Below, piece after piece: positions 62,529 to 64,000 of a stretch of DNA of 64,000 nucleotides (position 1 is the first letter of the stretch; each line of letters begins with the position of its first letter). The stretch lies in NCBI RefSeq assembly GCF_003334765.1, contig NZ_QOWT01000001.1; one strand, 5' to 3'. Under the pieces are notes generated by a model, which made no database searches, was not told the origin of the DNA, and saw only the letters and a program-made list of their open reading frames with translations. The translations under genes and the position numbers were made by a program. Origin of the DNA: Escherichia coli. Its GTDB lineage: Bacteria; Pseudomonadota; Gammaproteobacteria; Enterobacterales; Enterobacteriaceae.

Positions 62529-63809
62529 TTAATTTTTCATTGCTTCGTTATGGGGCATGGTTGGGGCAAACTCGCTTAACTGTGTATTTAACAAAGCTAC
62601 CTGTGCATTATTGTTTTCAGACATCCATTTTCCGTATACCTGAAATACCATTTGCGCATCTGCATGGCCCATCTGGTTTGCTATAAATGCCGGGTTAGCA
62701 CCAGCTGTCAGCGACCAGCAGGCATAAGTATGTCTCGACTGATATGATTTTCGATGGCGGAGTCCGGCACGTTTTATCGCTGCGTCCCACATCTGCCTTA
62801 TTGAGTCAACGGTAAAATGGTCACCATAATTTTTTACTCTCGCTGACACTTCAGGTTGAAAAACAAAGGTGCATTTTTGTTTTTCTGTTCTGCCATACTC
62901 TCTGAGGTGAACATCAATGATATGCTCTTTGCTCAGTCTCGTTAATGTCATCTGACTCCGGAGAGCGTCGATTGCTGGCTTAATAAGATGAATGACCCGA
63001 TTGGTTCCCGCCTGTGTTTTTGGTACCGTGAAACGGTCTTTTGCTAAATTTCTCCTGATCATCATTGTTCCATTTTTCAGATCTATGTCCTCCCATCCAA
63101 GTGCACACAGCTCACCAGGGCGAACTCCAGTATAAACAGAAACACACCATAAATTTTTTGCTTGCTGATTTCTGCACGCATCGATAAGACGGATAAATTC
63201 TTCCCGCGAAAGAGGATCCGGAATGGTTCTTGATTCCTTTAATGGCGAGATCCCCTTAAACGGATTATCTGCCAGGTAACCGTTATCAACACCAAACTGG
63301 AACACGGCGTTAAGATTTGTCATGTAATTATTTACAGTTACAGCCGATCTCCCTGGTTGTGTAACAATATAGTTACTTTTGGGGATCTGGTATCCAGTCA
63401 GTAACTCTTTACGAACCTCCAGTAATTTTTCTTTATTAATCGATGAGGCAAGATTTTTTTCACCGATTATGCTCAGGATATTTTTGATGACGGCACGGTA
63501 TGTGTTGAGTGATGTTTTGGCGACTTCAGTTTCTTTCAGTGCCAGAAATTTTTCAGCCAGTTCTTTTATGGTTAAATCTTGTCGGGCCTCACCAAATTTT
63601 TCCAGATTGCGTGAGGAGGGAAACTGTTTTGCATAGTCGAAAACACCAGTTTTTATTGCGTAACAAACAGAGGAGCGTAGTTCACCTGCAACGCGCCTGT
63701 TTTTTGCTGTGTCAGGAACCCCCAGATTTTCCCTGACTCTTACGTCTTTATAAACAAACCAGATACGTAATTTCCCTCCATGGTTTTCCACGCCTGTCGG
63801 ATATTTCAT
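62529..63809 (-). CDS. intQ: phage tyrosine integrase (site-specific recombinase)
   Basis: ORF track gives 431 aa; probable start MKYPTGVENHGGKLRIWF... (426 aa); C-terminal catalytic region with R-H-T-Y-A box, GH and QVYGKW tyrosine; symbol assigned by position. Confidence 0.8.
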   Translation of the reverse strand: MKYPTGVENHGGKLRIWFVYKDVRVRENLGVPDTAKNRRVAGELRSSVCYAIKTGVFDYAKQFPSSRNLEKFGEARQDLTIKELAEKFLALKETEVAKTSLNTYRAVIKNILSIIGEKNLASSINKEKLLEVRKELLTGYQIPKSNYIVTQPGRSAVTVNNYMTNLNAVFQFGVDNGYLADNPFKGISPLKESRTIPDPLSREEFIRLIDACRNQQAKNLWCVSVYTGVRPGELCALGWEDIDLKNGTMMIRRNLAKDRFTVPKTQAGTNRVIHLIKPAIDALRSQMTLTRLSKEHIIDVHLREYGRTEKQKCTFVFQPEVSARVKNYGDHFTVDSIRQMWDAAIKRAGLRHRKSYQSRHTYACWSLTAGANPAFIANQMGHADAQMVFQVYGKWMSENNNAQVALLNTQLSEFAPTMPHNEAMKN

Positions 63810-63843
63810 TTCAACTTCTCTCATTAGTTAGTGTGGCTTTTAG

Positions 63844-64000
63844 TCAAGTAAGATGACGTCTTGGTCTCGCTGATGCCTGGCGCTCAATCCAGCGATCAAT
63901 TTCTTCCAGGTTGTAAAAGCATGGACTGTTATCCCATGGCATACCGTCATGAGCGACATGCTTATATTCCCTTCCTTCCATAAACGATTTTTCCCGGGCC
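63844..64000 (-). CDS. excisionase-like protein (lambda Xis family), partial; N-terminus beyond the window end
   Basis: Minus-strand translation ...AREKSFMEGREYKHVAHDGMPWDNSPCFYNLEEIDRWIERQASARPRRHLT*; the EGREY segment resembles the DGREY region of lambda Xis; sits immediately upstream of int on the same strand. Confidence 0.5.
   Translation of the reverse strand, partial: AREKSFMEGREYKHVAHDGMPWDNSPCFYNLEEIDRWIERQASARPRRHLT

Larger units (their letters stand above)
62495..64000. mobile_element. edge of an integrated lambdoid prophage (integrase and Xis-like gene); continues past the window end
   Basis: Host transporter ORF is cut at about 62495-62510, followed by a tyrosine integrase and a lambda-Xis-like partial ORF, both on the minus strand; the arrangement matches what I recall of the Qin cryptic prophage next to rspB in K-12. 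Confidence 0.7.

Overview
This window reads as a roughly 64 kb stretch of Escherichia coli K-12-like chromosome from the replication-terminus region, running from the 3' end of tyrS to the edge of a lambdoid prophage next to rspB. I see no novel defence, toxin or biosynthetic system: almost every ORF over about 300 bp corresponds to a housekeeping or accessory protein I recognise from its translation. All identifications are from memory of protein sequences and the provided ORF track; no database search or alignment was run. Gene order is tyrS', pdxY, gstA, dtpA, nth-rsxEGDCBA, ydgK, cnu, blr, ydgJ, add, malYX, malI, hdhA, uidR, uidA'-'uidB-uidC, ydgA, manA, fumA, fumC, tus (with TerB), rstBA, ydgC, folM, ydgI, ydgH, pntAB, tqsA, mdtJI, ydgD, ydgU, asr, ynfM, ynfL, mlc, ynfK, clcB, dmsD-ynfHGFE, ynfD, ynfC, speG, ynfB, ynfA, rspAB, then the prophage edge. 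The main departure from the canonical layout is an internal deletion of about 1 kb that fuses a truncated uidA (beta-glucuronidase) out of frame to the 3' two-thirds of uidB, which predicts a GUS-negative genotype. Other points worth a second look are the prophage boundary at the window end (an MFS transporter gene fragment, a tyrosine integrase and a partial Xis-like ORF), the 96-bp in-frame tandem repeat inside rsxC, the TerB site beside tus, the tandem ynfE/ynfF paralogues, two small proteins missing from or buried in the ORF track (ydgU, blr), and structured non-coding sequence between dtpA and nth. Many ORF-track N-termini were trimmed to the start that gives the protein length I recall.
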